Part shown: in pieces, positions 1 through 10,280 of the stretch
Numbering within the stretch: the stretch's first letter is position 1
Layout: each line of letters opens with the position of its first letter
NCBI RefSeq assembly: GCF_000195755.1
Contig: NC_002937.3
Location: 2,610,001-2,642,000 of the forward strand
Reading direction: 5' to 3'
Origin: Nitratidesulfovibrio vulgaris str. Hildenborough
GTDB lineage: Bacteria; Desulfobacterota; Desulfovibrionia; Desulfovibrionales; Desulfovibrionaceae
DNA: 32,000 bases
Notes under the pieces: model-generated
What the model was told of the DNA's origin: nothing
What the model saw: only the letters and a program-made list of their open reading frames with translations
Database searches by the model: none
Made by a program: the position numbers and the translations under genes

Positions 1-1246
1 CGGAAGGATTGCGGGTCTGTTTGCGCAGGTATGCGGGGATGTTCCTGTCTTCATCAGAGAAGTTGGACAACCCGCGCCCCGGCGCGACCTGCTGTGCCTG
101 CTGGGGAGCCTGCTGCGGCTGCTGCGGGGCCTGCTGCGGCTGCTGACGCCCGAATTCGGCTACGGGGCCGGACTCGACACGGGCCTGCGGTGCAGGGCGC
201 TGTGCGGCGGGTGCCGCCTGCTGCTGCGAAGGACGACGGAACTGGGCGATGTTGCCGTTCTGTGCGTTGGGTGTGACGGTGGCCGAACCACAGGCTTCGA
301 TGCCGGTGGCGATGACGGTGATGCGCATCTCATCGCCAGCCGACTCGTCGAAGACCGTACCGAAGAAGATGCGCGCCTCATCGTGTGCGGCTTCCTGAAT
401 GATGCCTGCGGCTTCGCTGACTTCGTCGATGGTGAGGTCGGGACCGCAGGTGATGTTCATGAGCACACCACGTGCACCGTCGATGGAGACGTCTTCAAGC
501 AGCGGGCTGGTGATGGCCTTCATGGCGGCCTCGCGGGCACGCGACTCGCCACGGGCGATGCCTGCGCCCATCATGGCAAGACCCGACTCGCCCATGACGG
601 CCTTCACGTCGGCGAAGTCGAGGTTGATGAGGCCGGGCACCATGATGAGGTCGGAGATGCCCTTGACGGCGAAGTAGAGCACTTCGTCAGCCTTCTTGAG
701 CATTTCCACGAAGGTGGCCTTCTTGGGGGCCAGCGAAAGCAGCCTGTCGTTGGGGATGGTGATGAGGCTGTCCACATGCTCGCGGAAGTCGGCAATGCCC
801 TGTTCCGCGGCTTCAAGGCGCTTGCGGCCTTCGAAGAAGAAGGGCTTGGTCACCACACCCACGGTGAGCGCGCCCATCTCGCGGGCGGCCTGCGCGATGA
901 CAGGGGCTGCACCGGTACCGGTGCCGCCACCCATGCCTGCGGTGACGAACACCATGTCGGCTTCACCGATGCAATCCTTGATCGCGTTCATGCTCTCGAC
1001 GGCAGCGTCACGACCTATTTGCGGATTGGCACCGGCGCCGAGGCCCTTGGTGAGTTTTTCGCCAAGCTGTATCTTGAGTTCCGCCGAAGAACGGCCAAGG
1101 GCCTGCACGTCGGTGTTCGCGCAGATGAAGGTCACGCCCTTGAGCGTGGAGGTGATCATGTTCTGCACGGCGTTGCCGCCGCCGCCACCTACGCCTATGA
1201 CCTTGATCTTGGCGGAGTTCTCGATGTCGATATCCATGAATTCCAT
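1..1246 (-). CDS. ftsZ: Cell division GTPase FtsZ (C-terminal end cut by window edge)
   Basis: The minus-strand frame is open from the window edge to the ATG at 1246-1244. A GGAGAG RBS lies 4 nt upstream (plus-strand ctctcc 1251-1256). Hand translation gives [30 protein letters not shown], the tubulin signature [19 protein letters not shown], and the conserved C-terminal peptide [13 protein letters not shown] near position 1. It is absent from the ORF track only because its stop lies outside the window. Confidence 0.95.
   Translation of the reverse strand, partial: MEFMDIDIENSAKIKVIGVGGGGGNAVQNMITSTLKGVTFICANTDVQALGRSSAELKIQLGEKLTKGLGAGANPQIGRDAAVESMNAIKDCIGEADMVFVTAGMGGGTGTGAAPVIAQAAREMGALTVGVVTKPFFFEGRKRLEAAEQGIADFREHVDSLITIPNDRLLSLAPKKATFVEMLKKADEVLYFAVKGISDLIMVPGLINLDFADVKAVMGESGLAMMGAGIARGESRAREAAMKAITSPLLEDVSIDGARGVLMNITCGPDLTIDEVSEAAGIIQEAAHDEARIFFGTVFDESAGDEMRITVIATGIEACGSATVTPNAQNGNIAQFRRPSQQQAAPAAQRPAPQARVESGPVAEFGRQQPQQAPQQPQQAPQQAQQVAPGRGLSNFSDEDRNIPAYLRKQTRNPS
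108..145 (-). repeat. In-frame 21-nt tandem duplication inside the FtsZ disordered linker
   Basis: The identical 17-mer gcctgctgcggctgctg occurs at 108-124 and 129-145 (period 21 nt). On the coding strand it encodes the repeated QQPQQAP-type heptad of the Q/P/A-rich linker. Confidence 0.85.
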
Positions 1247-1295
1247 ACGCCTCTCCTTAAAGCCCCAAAGCGGTTCCTTCTGATAGACCCACGGT

Positions 1296-2522
1296 TTACG
1301 ATATGTCGGAGAACCACTTCCGCATTCTCGACAGCACGCGGTTGAACACGTTGCCGTCGCGGATGCGGAACTTGAGCTCCAGGCCTTCCTTCTCGGCGCC
1401 GTAGCGCAGAAGGCCGACGGCCGTGGCGAACTTCGGGCTGTTCACCACGTCCTTGAGTCCACCCACGTTCCGGGGGTAGCCGATGCGGGTGGGCATGTTG
1501 AAAATCTGCTCGCCGAGTTCCTGACAGCCCTCGATGAGCGCCGTGCCACCGGTGAGCACCACACCCGAGCCGATCTGGTTCTTGAAACCGGATCGCACGA
1601 GTTCCTGATCGACGAGCGAGAGAATCTCCTCCATGCGGGGCTCGCATATCTCGGCGAGCACCTGACGGGAGAGACGACGCGGTTCGCGGCCACCCACACT
1701 GGGCACCTCGATGAGCTCGTCGTTACGCACCATCTCGGCCATGGCGCAGCCATACTTCACCTTGATCTTCTCGGCGGAGATCATGGGCGTGCGCAGACCG
1801 AAGGCGATGTCGTTGGTGAGGTTCTGCCCCCCGAGGGCGAGCACCCCTGTGTGCTTGATGGAATCGTTGGCAAACACGGCGATGTCGGTGGTGCCCCCCC
1901 CGAGGTCGACGAGAGCGACGCCAATCTCCCTCTCCTCCTCGGTGAGCACCGCCTTCGACGAGGCCAGCGCCTCAAGCACGATATCCGATACGTCGAGCCC
2001 GCTCCTGTGGCAGGAACGGACGATGTTCTGAGCCGATGTGACCGCACCGGTGACGATGTGCACCTTCACTTCGAGGCGCACACCCGCCATACCCAGAGGG
2101 TCGGCGATACCGCGCTGGTCATCCACGACATACTCCTGCGGGAGGATGTGGATGACTTCACGGTCGAGCGGGATGGCGACGGCCTTGGCGGCGTCGAGAG
2201 CGCGCTCGATGTCCTTGGGGCCGACCTCGCCGCCCTTGACGGCGATGACCCCGTGGCTGTTGAAGCCCTTGATGTGGCTTCCGGCGATGCCCGCATACAC
2301 CGAGCGGATTTCGCAACCGGCCATCAGTTCGGCCTCTTCGAGGGCCTTCTTGATGGACTGCACGGTCTGCTCGATGTTGACGACGACGCCCTTGCGCAGG
2401 CCGGTGGAAGGACTCGTGCCGATGCCGACGATATCGACGCCATCCGCCGTAGCCTCGCCGACGACGGCGCATATTTTCGTGGTGCCGATATCCAGACCGA
2501 CGATGAGGTCCGTTTTGGCCAT
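1296..2522 (-). CDS. ftsA: Cell division protein FtsA (actin-like ATPase)
   Basis: 408-aa ORF. It has the N-terminus [23 protein letters not shown] and the phosphate-binding motif [23 protein letters not shown] precedes the ATG, and the gene sits between ftsQ and ftsZ. Confidence 0.95.
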   Translation of the reverse strand: MAKTDLIVGLDIGTTKICAVVGEATADGVDIVGIGTSPSTGLRKGVVVNIEQTVQSIKKALEEAELMAGCEIRSVYAGIAGSHIKGFNSHGVIAVKGGEVGPKDIERALDAAKAVAIPLDREVIHILPQEYVVDDQRGIADPLGMAGVRLEVKVHIVTGAVTSAQNIVRSCHRSGLDVSDIVLEALASSKAVLTEEEREIGVALVDLGGGTTDIAVFANDSIKHTGVLALGGQNLTNDIAFGLRTPMISAEKIKVKYGCAMAEMVRNDELIEVPSVGGREPRRLSRQVLAEICEPRMEEILSLVDQELVRSGFKNQIGSGVVLTGGTALIEGCQELGEQIFNMPTRIGYPRNVGGLKDVVNSPKFATAVGLLRYGAEKEGLELKFRIRDGNVFNRVLSRMRKWFSDIS

Positions 2523-2552
2523 TACTCTCTCCTTGCTCTACGAAAGCCTGCC

Positions 2553-3389
2553 CTAGCGGGATTCGGGGTCTTTGAGCACCCAGACGTTGCCGTCCGCCGC
2601 CCGCACTTCGCCTACTTCGCGCAGTTCGCCGCGTCTTCCGAGGTCGGCGAGCACCTGACAGAGTCTGTCGAGATTGCCACCAAGGTTCTCGGGGGCCACG
2701 CTGATGCGCAGACCGGGGTTGTCGAGGTAGAGTTCCACCCCTCTACCGGCACTGAGCCTGACCCATGACACCAGTGAGATGTCGACGGGCAGACGTGCCC
2801 CCTTGAACGCGGCGATCACTTCGGGCATCCGGGCGAGAAGGTCCTCGCCACCCGGCCCGACCTCCAGCGTCGGAAGAGAGGTGAACCTGCCCGGCCCCAC
2901 CGGGGCGAGGATGTTGCCGTGCACGTCGGCATAGTACAACGTGCCATCGCGCAATACCCAGAAGGCTGGTTCCCGTTCCGTCACTCTTATCGCAAATCTA
3001 TCGGGAAGCAAGCGTTTTACCGACACTTCCGCTATCCATGGCGAGCTTGCGAGGCGGTCTTCCACATCGGCGATGTTGAGTGCGATGCTGTTCGCCCCTT
3101 CAACGAGTCCCGCCGTGGCGAGTATTTCGTCTTTGCTTAACATCAGATTGCCCGAGATTTCAACATCTCTTATGGCAAAGTACTCATGCGTCGTCATGAA
3201 TCTATAGGCATACAGAACTGCCACACTCATGAGCACAAGCAACGACCCGACGATGACCAGTCCGCTCACCCAGCGAAAAAAACTGCCGATCCCTTTTGTA
3301 GGGAGACTGCTTTTCTTCTCGCTCTTGCTCCAGCTTCTCGAATAGCTGTTGCGCGACTTCTTCTTGCCTCGTGAAAGTGCTACAGCCAT
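2553..3389 (-). CDS. ftsQ: Cell division protein FtsQ (POTRA domain, bitopic)
   Basis: 278-aa ORF with a K/S-rich cytoplasmic tail and a single TM segment (FFRWVSGLVIVGSLLVLMSVAVLYAY). A POTRA-like FAIRDVEISGN follows. The position between murB and ftsA is canonical, and the start overlaps the murB stop by 10 nt. Confidence 0.85.
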   Translation of the reverse strand: MAVALSRGKKKSRNSYSRSWSKSEKKSSLPTKGIGSFFRWVSGLVIVGSLLVLMSVAVLYAYRFMTTHEYFAIRDVEISGNLMLSKDEILATAGLVEGANSIALNIADVEDRLASSPWIAEVSVKRLLPDRFAIRVTEREPAFWVLRDGTLYYADVHGNILAPVGPGRFTSLPTLEVGPGGEDLLARMPEVIAAFKGARLPVDISLVSWVRLSAGRGVELYLDNPGLRISVAPENLGGNLDRLCQVLADLGRRGELREVGEVRAADGNVWVLKDPESR

Positions 3390-4270
3390 GAGAGAATCTT
3401 GACCTCCAGCGTCAAATCCATCCCATGACGTCGTTTGACAATCTCTTGTGCCAGTTGAAGCAGTTCAAAGGCCTCATCACTTCTGCCTGCACCTTCATTC
3501 ACGAGAAAATTGGCATGGACTTCTGAAAACGCCATACCGCCGATGCGTTTGCCACGAAGTCCCGCTTGGTCTATGAGGCGTCCGGCAGAGACACCGGGGG
3601 CGGGATTGCGGAACACGCACCCGGCGCTACGGGCAAGGACAGGCTGCGTGCTTTTTTTCTTCAGGTAGTTTGCACGCATGGCTGCCGTGATGGCGGCGCT
3701 TTCACCGCGTCGCAGCACGATGTCCGCCCCGGTCACGACAAACCAGCCATGGCAGCCCTTGAGACCGAAATGTCGGTAGGCGTACTCGATGTTCTCGTGC
3801 GGGACATCGGCAAGCCCGAAATCGGGGCTGAAGACCTCCACCGACCGCAGCACCGTGCCGAATTCACACCCGTACGACCCTGCGTTCATGGCAACGGCAC
3901 CGCCCACGCTACCGGGAATGCCCGCAAGCCCTTCAAGTCCCGCAAGCCCCCACGAAGCCAGTTGCCCGAGCAATCGTGGCAGTCTGGTGGCAGCCCCGAC
4001 GCGAACGACCACGCCCTCTGCTGTCTCGCCTACGATGGTGGGGGCGTCGTCCATGTCCAGCGACACGACGACGACAGGCAGTTCACCATCTGCGGCGAGG
4101 ATGTTGCTGCCGCACCCCAGCATAAGCGGAGAACCGCCAAGGCACTGGAGAACACCGGGAAGGTCGTCAAGCGCATCACGCGACGTGACGCGCACCTCGG
4201 CGAGCGCCCTGCCCCCGAGCCGCAACGTCGTCCGCTCGGCTAATGACGGCCCTTCCAGCACCTTCAGCAT
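3380..4270 (-). CDS. murB: UDP-N-acetylenolpyruvoylglucosamine reductase MurB
   Basis: 296-aa ORF carrying MurB motifs: TTLRLGG, GCGSNIL, SAGCVFRNP and SAGRLIDQAGLRGKRIGG. It lies 1 nt downstream of the murC stop. Confidence 0.9.
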   Translation of the reverse strand: MLKVLEGPSLAERTTLRLGGRALAEVRVTSRDALDDLPGVLQCLGGSPLMLGCGSNILAADGELPVVVVSLDMDDAPTIVGETAEGVVVRVGAATRLPRLLGQLASWGLAGLEGLAGIPGSVGGAVAMNAGSYGCEFGTVLRSVEVFSPDFGLADVPHENIEYAYRHFGLKGCHGWFVVTGADIVLRRGESAAITAAMRANYLKKKSTQPVLARSAGCVFRNPAPGVSAGRLIDQAGLRGKRIGGMAFSEVHANFLVNEGAGRSDEAFELLQLAQEIVKRRHGMDLTLEVKILSWL

Positions 4271-4271
4271 G

Positions 4272-5636
4272 TCATTCCCCTGCCACGTAACGCTGGCCGA
4301 TGGTGGTCACGCTGCCCGCCCCCAGGGTGAGCAGCACGTCTCCGGGGCGGAGCACACCCGGCAACGCTGCGAGAATCTCGTCGAAACTCTGGTAGTAGGT
4401 CACGTCGGTGTTGGACACCTGCCGGATGCCCTGTGCGAGGCTCTGCCCGCTCACTCCGGGGATGGGCTTCTCCGAAGCCGGATAGATCTCCGTAAGGAGC
4501 AGTTTGTCCACCGGTTCGAAGACCTTGCAGAACTCACCGAAGAGCGCCTGCGTGCGACTGAAGCGGTGGGGCTGGAACACGACCACCAGACGCCTGTCCG
4601 GGTACACGGAACGTGCCGTGGCAAGGGTCGCGGCGATCTCCACCGGATGGTGCCCGTAGTCGTCCACCACCGTGACGCCGTCGCGTTCGCCCCGACGTTC
4701 GAACCGTCTGCCCACGCCGCCGAAACGGGCGAGCCCTTCGATGCAATGCTCGGGGCTGATGCCCGCTTCGAGCGCGACACCGATGGCAGCGAGCGCATTC
4801 AGGATGTTGTGACGCCCCGGCTGCCCGAGATGTACCTCACCCAGACGTCCGCCACGAAGGAACACGGTGAAGACGCTCGTCTCGGCGCAACTCGTCACCT
4901 CGGCGCGAAGAGCGTTGTCCTTGCCGAAACCGTAGGTGACAACGCGGCGCTTCACCTGTGGCAGCAGGCGGCGCACACCGGGGTCGTCGCCGCAGACCAC
5001 GTTGGCGCCATAGAAGGGCACCTTGTTCATGAAGGTGACGAAGGCCTCGTCTATCTCCTTCTGCCCGGCATAGAAATCCACATGGTCCATGTCGACGTTG
5101 GTGACGACGTTGACGATGGGGAAGAGGCACAGGAACGAACCGTCGGATTCATCGGCTTCGGCGATGAGGTATTCGCCTTCACCGAGGCGGGCGTTGGCAC
5201 CATAGGCATTGAGCCGACCGCCGATGATGACGGTGGGGTCTTTGCCCGCCACGTCGAAGATGGCGGCGGTAAGCGACGTGGTGGTGGTCTTGCCGTGCGT
5301 ACCGGCGATGGCGATGCCGGTGCGCAGCCTCATGAGCTCAGCGAGCATCTCGGCACGTGGGATGATGGGGATGCCCTTCTCGACGGCGGCGAGCACTTCC
5401 GGGTTGTCGTCACGCACAGCGGTCGACTTCACCAGCACCTCTGCATCGCTGACATTGCCGGCACCGTGCCCGATGAATATCTCGGCACCGATCTTGCGCA
5501 AGCGGCGCACCACGGCGCTGTCCGACATGTCGGACCCGTGCACGGCGTACCCGAGGTTGAGCAGCACTTCAGCGATGCCGCTCATGCCCGAACCGCCGAT
5601 GCCCACCATATGTATCGTTCTGACCTTGTTCTTCAT
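4272..5636 (-). CDS. murC: UDP-N-acetylmuramate--L-alanine ligase MurC
   Basis: 454-aa ORF with the N-terminal Rossmann motif [22 protein letters not shown], the Mur ligase P-loop [11 protein letters not shown] and DDYGHHP. Confidence 0.95.
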   Translation of the reverse strand: MKNKVRTIHMVGIGGSGMSGIAEVLLNLGYAVHGSDMSDSAVVRRLRKIGAEIFIGHGAGNVSDAEVLVKSTAVRDDNPEVLAAVEKGIPIIPRAEMLAELMRLRTGIAIAGTHGKTTTTSLTAAIFDVAGKDPTVIIGGRLNAYGANARLGEGEYLIAEADESDGSFLCLFPIVNVVTNVDMDHVDFYAGQKEIDEAFVTFMNKVPFYGANVVCGDDPGVRRLLPQVKRRVVTYGFGKDNALRAEVTSCAETSVFTVFLRGGRLGEVHLGQPGRHNILNALAAIGVALEAGISPEHCIEGLARFGGVGRRFERRGERDGVTVVDDYGHHPVEIAATLATARSVYPDRRLVVVFQPHRFSRTQALFGEFCKVFEPVDKLLLTEIYPASEKPIPGVSGQSLAQGIRQVSNTDVTYYQSFDEILAALPGVLRPGDVLLTLGAGSVTTIGQRYVAGE

Positions 5637-5646
5637 CCTATCCTCG

Positions 5647-6744
5647 TCACCGCGCCCGCGGCGTGGTCTTCAGCAGTTCGACGAGCCCGTCGACCACGGC
5701 GGCTGCCGCATCCGGGCGCCCCTGCGCCCGCGCCGACACCGCCATACGATTCAACCGGGCCCTGTCCGACAGGAGACCGACGAGCAATGCAGGCACGTCG
5801 GTCATGGAAATATCCTTCTGTTCCAGCAGCACCGCGGCACCGCGTGAAACGAGCCATCTGGCGTTATGCGTCTGGTGGTCGTGCGTGGCGAAGGGATAGG
5901 GCACCAGCACGGCGGGCTTGCCCGCCACGGCGAGTTCCGCCACGGATGTGGCCCCTGCGCGACACAGCACGAGGTCGGCCCATGCGTAGGCCGAGGCCAC
6001 GTCATCGATGAACGCCTCGACGCGTCCCTCGCCGTGCCCCGTCTCTGCATAGGCCTTGCGGATGCGCTCCCAGTCCGCAGCGCCCGTCTGGTGCCACACC
6101 TCCACGCCCGCCTCGGCGAGTGCAGGCAGCGAAGAGACCACCGCGTCGTTGATGGCGCGGGCACCGAGGCTGCCTCCCATGACCAGAAGACGCCGCACAT
6201 GGTCGGGGCGAGGGTCGGAACGCTCGGCACCGCACGCGACGATGGAAGCACGCACAGGATTGCCAGCAAGACACGTCTTCTGCGGCGGAAAGGCTCCGAG
6301 CGTATCGGGCAACGACAGGAAAACGCGCGGGACGACCCGCGAAAGCACCCTGTTCGTCAGCCCCGGCACGGAATTCTGCTCGTGAATGGCCGCAGGGCGG
6401 CCGCGCAGACGGGCCGCAAGAACGCCGGCAAAAGCGGCATAGCCACCGAACCCGAGCACGATGTCGGGGTCGAAACGCCCCATGACCGCATACGCCCGCG
6501 CGATACCGGCCGCCATGCCGAAGGCAGCGCCGATGGCACGGACGCCGCGCCCGAGCACACCACGCACGGGCAGACCGACGAAGTCGAGACCGGCACGCGC
6601 CGCGAGGTCTGCCTCGGGCCCGTAGAGTCCGCCCATGAAGAGCACGGAACACTCGGGATAGCGGGCCCGTATCTCTTCCGCCACGGCCAGTGCAGGAAAG
6701 ATATGGCCCCCGGTGCCGCCCGTGGTCAGGATGACGCGCCGCAT
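5647..6744 (-). CDS. murG: Lipid II synthase MurG (UDP-GlcNAc:lipid I GlcNAc transferase)
   Basis: 365-aa ORF with the N-terminal G-loop [19 protein letters not shown] and C-terminal [11 protein letters not shown], which is typical of GT28 MurG. Confidence 0.95.
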   Translation of the reverse strand: MRRVILTTGGTGGHIFPALAVAEEIRARYPECSVLFMGGLYGPEADLAARAGLDFVGLPVRGVLGRGVRAIGAAFGMAAGIARAYAVMGRFDPDIVLGFGGYAAFAGVLAARLRGRPAAIHEQNSVPGLTNRVLSRVVPRVFLSLPDTLGAFPPQKTCLAGNPVRASIVACGAERSDPRPDHVRRLLVMGGSLGARAINDAVVSSLPALAEAGVEVWHQTGAADWERIRKAYAETGHGEGRVEAFIDDVASAYAWADLVLCRAGATSVAELAVAGKPAVLVPYPFATHDHQTHNARWLVSRGAAVLLEQKDISMTDVPALLVGLLSDRARLNRMAVSARAQGRPDAAAAVVDGLVELLKTTPRAR

Positions 6745-6747
6745 GGC

Positions 6748-7890
6748 CTACCTCGCCGTCCTTGAAAAATTGAGCAGCAGCCCCACGCAAATCAGCGATG
6801 AGAGCATGCTACTGCCGCCGTAGCTCAAGAACGGCATGGGGACACCCTTCGGGGGTGCCACGCCCATGACCACGGCGAGGTTCAGCACGGCACCCAGCAA
6901 CAGCACCATGGTCACGCCGAAGGCGGTGAACCTGTCGCGCAGGTCGTGCTGACCGAGAATGATCTTGAAGCTGCGCCAGAACAGCAGGGCGAAGAGCGTC
7001 ATCACGATGGTGACTCCGATGAGCCCGAGTTCCTCGCCAAGCACCGCCATGATGAAGTCGTTATGCGCTTCCGGCAGGTAGAAGAGCTTCTGGCGGCTGG
7101 CGCCTATGCCAACCCCGGTGAAGCCTCCCGACCCGAAGGCATAGAGCGACTGCACAAGCTGGTAGCCGGTATCCTGTGCATCCTTGAACGGGTCGATGAA
7201 GGCGAGCAGACGCCGGAAACGGTACGGCGAATGTACGATGAGCGCCCACGCGCCCATGATGGCGAAAGCCAGCGAGACGAACAGGTAGATGAAACGGGTG
7301 CCGCCCACGAGGCACATGAAGAAGAGAATCATGGCCAGAACCGCCGCCCCGCCGAAATCGGGCTGCAACAGCAGCAGCAGGCACAGCAGCCCTGTCACCG
7401 CGTAGGGCGGTATCACGCCGCGGCTGAAGGTCTTGATGATCTCCTGCTTGGTGCTCATGAAATAGGCAAGGTACATGGCAAGGGCGATCTTCGAGAACTC
7501 CATGGGCTGCAACGCCACGGGGCCGAGGGGTATCCACCGCCGCGCGCCGTTGATCTTGGCACCCACGGGAGTGAGCGTGAGCAGCAACAGGGCGATGACG
7601 CCGAAGAGCGCCGGGTACTGCAACTTGTAGAGCATATGGCGCGGCATGAGCGCCGCCACCCACATGGTGATGCCGCCGCCAGCGGCGAAGACGAGCTGTT
7701 TCTTGAAGAACAGGTACTTGTCGTGGTTGAAGCGCTCGGCCACGATGCCGCTGGCGCTGAGCACCATCATGAGTCCGATGCCGAGCAACAGCAGCACGAT
7801 GCCGAAAAGCCACCAGTCCACAGGGCCGGTGGGGCCTTCAGCGCGGGACAGCACCTGTCCCAGCGGGCTCTTGCGCGTCATCCTGTTCAT
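6748..7890 (-). CDS. ftsW: SEDS-family peptidoglycan polymerase FtsW
   Basis: 380-aa polytopic membrane ORF with SEDS motifs QPMEFSKIA, LPEAHNDFI and PFLSYGGSS. It sits between murD and murG, and its ATG overlaps the murD stop (ATGA, 7887-7890). Confidence 0.9.
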   Translation of the reverse strand: MNRMTRKSPLGQVLSRAEGPTGPVDWWLFGIVLLLLGIGLMMVLSASGIVAERFNHDKYLFFKKQLVFAAGGGITMWVAALMPRHMLYKLQYPALFGVIALLLLTLTPVGAKINGARRWIPLGPVALQPMEFSKIALAMYLAYFMSTKQEIIKTFSRGVIPPYAVTGLLCLLLLLQPDFGGAAVLAMILFFMCLVGGTRFIYLFVSLAFAIMGAWALIVHSPYRFRRLLAFIDPFKDAQDTGYQLVQSLYAFGSGGFTGVGIGASRQKLFYLPEAHNDFIMAVLGEELGLIGVTIVMTLFALLFWRSFKIILGQHDLRDRFTAFGVTMVLLLGAVLNLAVVMGVAPPKGVPMPFLSYGGSSMLSSLICVGLLLNFSRTAR

Positions 7891-9188
7891 GCAAGCGACT
7901 CCACTGCGGCACGGAAGACGTCGCCCCTGTGCCCGTAGTTGCGGAAAAGGTCGAAACTTGCGGTGGCGGGCGCCATGAGAACCACCTCGCCCTGCCTGGC
8001 AGCAGAGGCGGCGCGGCGCACGGCCTCTTCAAGGGTGGCGTCCCACGTCATGGGTACGACGTCCCTCCACGCGGCCTCGAACACTTCCCGGCTTGCGCCG
8101 AAGAGCATCACGGCCCTGACCCTCTCACGCACCAGCGGTATCAGCCCTTCAAGGTCCCCGCCCTTGAACTTGCCTCCGGCAAGCAGCAGCACCGGGCGGT
8201 CGAAGGCCTCCAGCGCTACACGAAGGGCCGAGACGGTGGTGCACTTCGAGTCGTTCACATAGAGCACGCCGCCACGTTCCGCGACCTGTTCCAGCCGATG
8301 GGGCATAGGCGCGAAGGTGGCGACAGCCTGAAGCGCATTCTCGAGGGTGACCCCGAATTCGCGCGCCGCCGTCCATGCCGCTTCCGCGTTGGCACGGTTG
8401 TGGGCCCCGAAGAGACGACTCTCTGCGAACCTGTCGGTAGCCCGGAACGTCACGCGCCGGGCCTTCACGCCGTATCTGTCCACCAGCGGGGCAAGCCCCT
8501 CGCCGAACACAGCAAGGTCGTCCTCGTCCTGACAACGGAAGAGTCTGAACTTGGCATCGATGTATTCCTGCATGTCGGCGTGGTAGTCGAGGTGGTTCGC
8601 CGTGATGTTGAGAAGCATGGCGACCCGTGGCCTGAAGGTCGAACAGGTCTGCAACTGGAAACTCGAAATCTCGATCACCAGCACGTCTGCCCGCTTGCCC
8701 TCAAGCACGTACTCGCACAACGGCGTGCCGATATTGCCGCCGAGGAATACCGACAGCCCCTGCGTACGCAGCATGTGGGCGCAAAGACTGACCGTGGTGG
8801 TCTTGCCACTGGTGCCGGTGACGGCGATGACGGGCTCACCCGAGAGTTCACGCCATGCGAGTTCCATCTCCGCCATGACCTCCGGGCCTCCCGTGGCTGG
8901 CAGATAGGGTCGCAATGTCGCGACAGCCACGCCGGGGCTGGGCACGACAACGGCGGCATCCGCGAAATGCGCGGCGTCATGGGCCCCGCAGACGATTTCG
9001 ACACCCGCGCCGGCGGCCCACTCCGCAAAGGTGGCGGGCACGTTGGCGGCATCGCGCTCGAGTACGCGCACCCGCGCGCCCTTGGCATGAAGGAGACGCG
9101 CCGCAGCGACGCCCGAACGCCCGGTGCCGACCACCACGGCGATGTCACCCGGCCTGATACCTCTGGTCTTTTCCTTGTCGCACGTCAT
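7887..9188 (-). CDS. murD: UDP-N-acetylmuramoylalanine--D-glutamate ligase MurD
   Basis: 433-aa ORF with the Rossmann motif VVGTGRSGVAAARLL and the Mur ligase P-loop VTGTSGKTTT, in the canonical position after mraY. Confidence 0.9.
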   Translation of the reverse strand: MTCDKEKTRGIRPGDIAVVVGTGRSGVAAARLLHAKGARVRVLERDAANVPATFAEWAAGAGVEIVCGAHDAAHFADAAVVVPSPGVAVATLRPYLPATGGPEVMAEMELAWRELSGEPVIAVTGTSGKTTTVSLCAHMLRTQGLSVFLGGNIGTPLCEYVLEGKRADVLVIEISSFQLQTCSTFRPRVAMLLNITANHLDYHADMQEYIDAKFRLFRCQDEDDLAVFGEGLAPLVDRYGVKARRVTFRATDRFAESRLFGAHNRANAEAAWTAAREFGVTLENALQAVATFAPMPHRLEQVAERGGVLYVNDSKCTTVSALRVALEAFDRPVLLLAGGKFKGGDLEGLIPLVRERVRAVMLFGASREVFEAAWRDVVPMTWDATLEEAVRRAASAARQGEVVLMAPATASFDLFRNYGHRGDVFRAAVESLA

Positions 9189-9203
9189 GACGTCTTCTCG
9201 CGG

Positions 9204-10280
9204 TTACCGCAGCTTGAGAACCGAAAGGGCTATGAGCCCGAGCAATGCCGAGGTTATCCAGAAACGGATGATGATCTTCGATTCCGGGATGCCCTGCAGT
9301 TCGAAATGATGGTGCAACGGGGCCATGCGGAAGATGCGCTTGCCGCCGCTGAACTTGAAGTAGCCCACTTGCAGGATGACCGAGAGCGTCTCGACCACGA
9401 AGAGGCCACCTACCACCAGCAGCAGAAGTTCCTGCTTGCACAGCACGGCGAGAAAGCCCAGCGTACCGCCAAGACTGAGCGACCCCACGTCGCCCATGAA
9501 CACCTGCGCCGGATAGGCGTTGAACCACAGAAAGCCCAGACCTGCCCCGACAAGTGCGCCGCAGAACACGGCCACCTCACCGACCCCGGGCACGTAGGGC
9601 ACCTGAAGGTACCCCGCTATCTGGCTGTGCCCCGCCACGTAGATGAAGATGGAGAACACGATGCCCGCCACGATGGTGGGACCGATGGCGAGTCCGTCGA
9701 GACCGTCCGTGAGATTCACGCCGTTGGATGAGCCGACCATGACCGCCACTGCGAACGGAATGTACAGCCAGCCGAGGTCGGGCGTGAGCCCCTTGAAGAA
9801 GGGAAAGGCCAGCTTCGTGGAGTAGGCAGGCAGTTGCACCAGCAGGTACATGGCAGCCACCGCCACCCCGACCTGCCACAGGAACTTGGCGCTGGCTGTC
9901 AGCCCCTTGTTGTTGCGCCTGCGCAGCTTCGTGTAGTCGTCGAGAAAGCCGATGAAGCCGAAACCCGTGAACACGAGCAGCGTCAGCCAGATATAGGGGT
10001 TGCGCAGGTCGGCCCACAGCAGCACGCTGAACGTCACCGCAAAGCCGATGAGCAGCCCGCCCATGGTGGGAGTGCCTGCCTTGGACATATGGCAGGTGAC
10101 GTCTTCATGGATGAACTGGCGGCACTTGAGGCGTTGCAGCCACGCGATGAAACGCGGCCCCACAACGATGGAGACGAGCAAGGCCGTCGCCAGCGCCCAC
10201 GCCGAACGGAAGGTGATGTACCTGAAGACGTTGAAGACGGTGATGTCCGAACTGAGCGGATACAGCAGATTATAGAGCAT
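9204..10280 (-). CDS. mraY: Phospho-N-acetylmuramoyl-pentapeptide transferase MraY
   Basis: The ORF track gives 9204-10454, but its first 58 codons lie inside murF and look non-protein-like. The family-typical N-terminus MLYNLLYPL starts at the ATG 10280-10278, overlapping the murF stop (10270-10272) by 11 nt. Motifs present: [30 protein letters not shown]. Confidence 0.92.
   Translation of the reverse strand: MLYNLLYPLSSDITVFNVFRYITFRSAWALATALLVSIVVGPRFIAWLQRLKCRQFIHEDVTCHMSKAGTPTMGGLLIGFAVTFSVLLWADLRNPYIWLTLLVFTGFGFIGFLDDYTKLRRRNNKGLTASAKFLWQVGVAVAAMYLLVQLPAYSTKLAFPFFKGLTPDLGWLYIPFAVAVMVGSSNGVNLTDGLDGLAIGPTIVAGIVFSIFIYVAGHSQIAGYLQVPYVPGVGEVAVFCGALVGAGLGFLWFNAYPAQVFMGDVGSLSLGGTLGFLAVLCKQELLLLVVGGLFVVETLSVILQVGYFKFSGGKRIFRMAPLHHHFELQGIPESKIIIRFWITSALLGLIALSVLKLR

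Noticed and set aside
3437-3453. A TGGCAC-N-ATTGT motif on the minus strand inside murB, as a possible sigma54 promoter for ftsQ.
   Set aside because: The -12 element is shifted by one nucleotide and reads TTGT instead of TTGC, and it lies inside coding sequence. This is not a convincing match.
3789-6011. A 740-aa plus-strand ORF. Similar long ORFs lie opposite real genes at 383-1345 (+), 7929-9731 (+), 10720-11769 (+), 11694-12686 (+), 13460-15328 (+), 17176-18393 (-) and 26035-28023 (-).
   Set aside because: These are shadow ORFs of the kind expected in high-GC DNA. Each lies antisense to a gene with unmistakable family motifs (murB/murC/murG, murD/mraY, murF, murE, ftsI, pyk, hynBA). Their translations are Arg/Gly/Ala/His/Asp-rich with no recognisable motifs, and none has an RBS.
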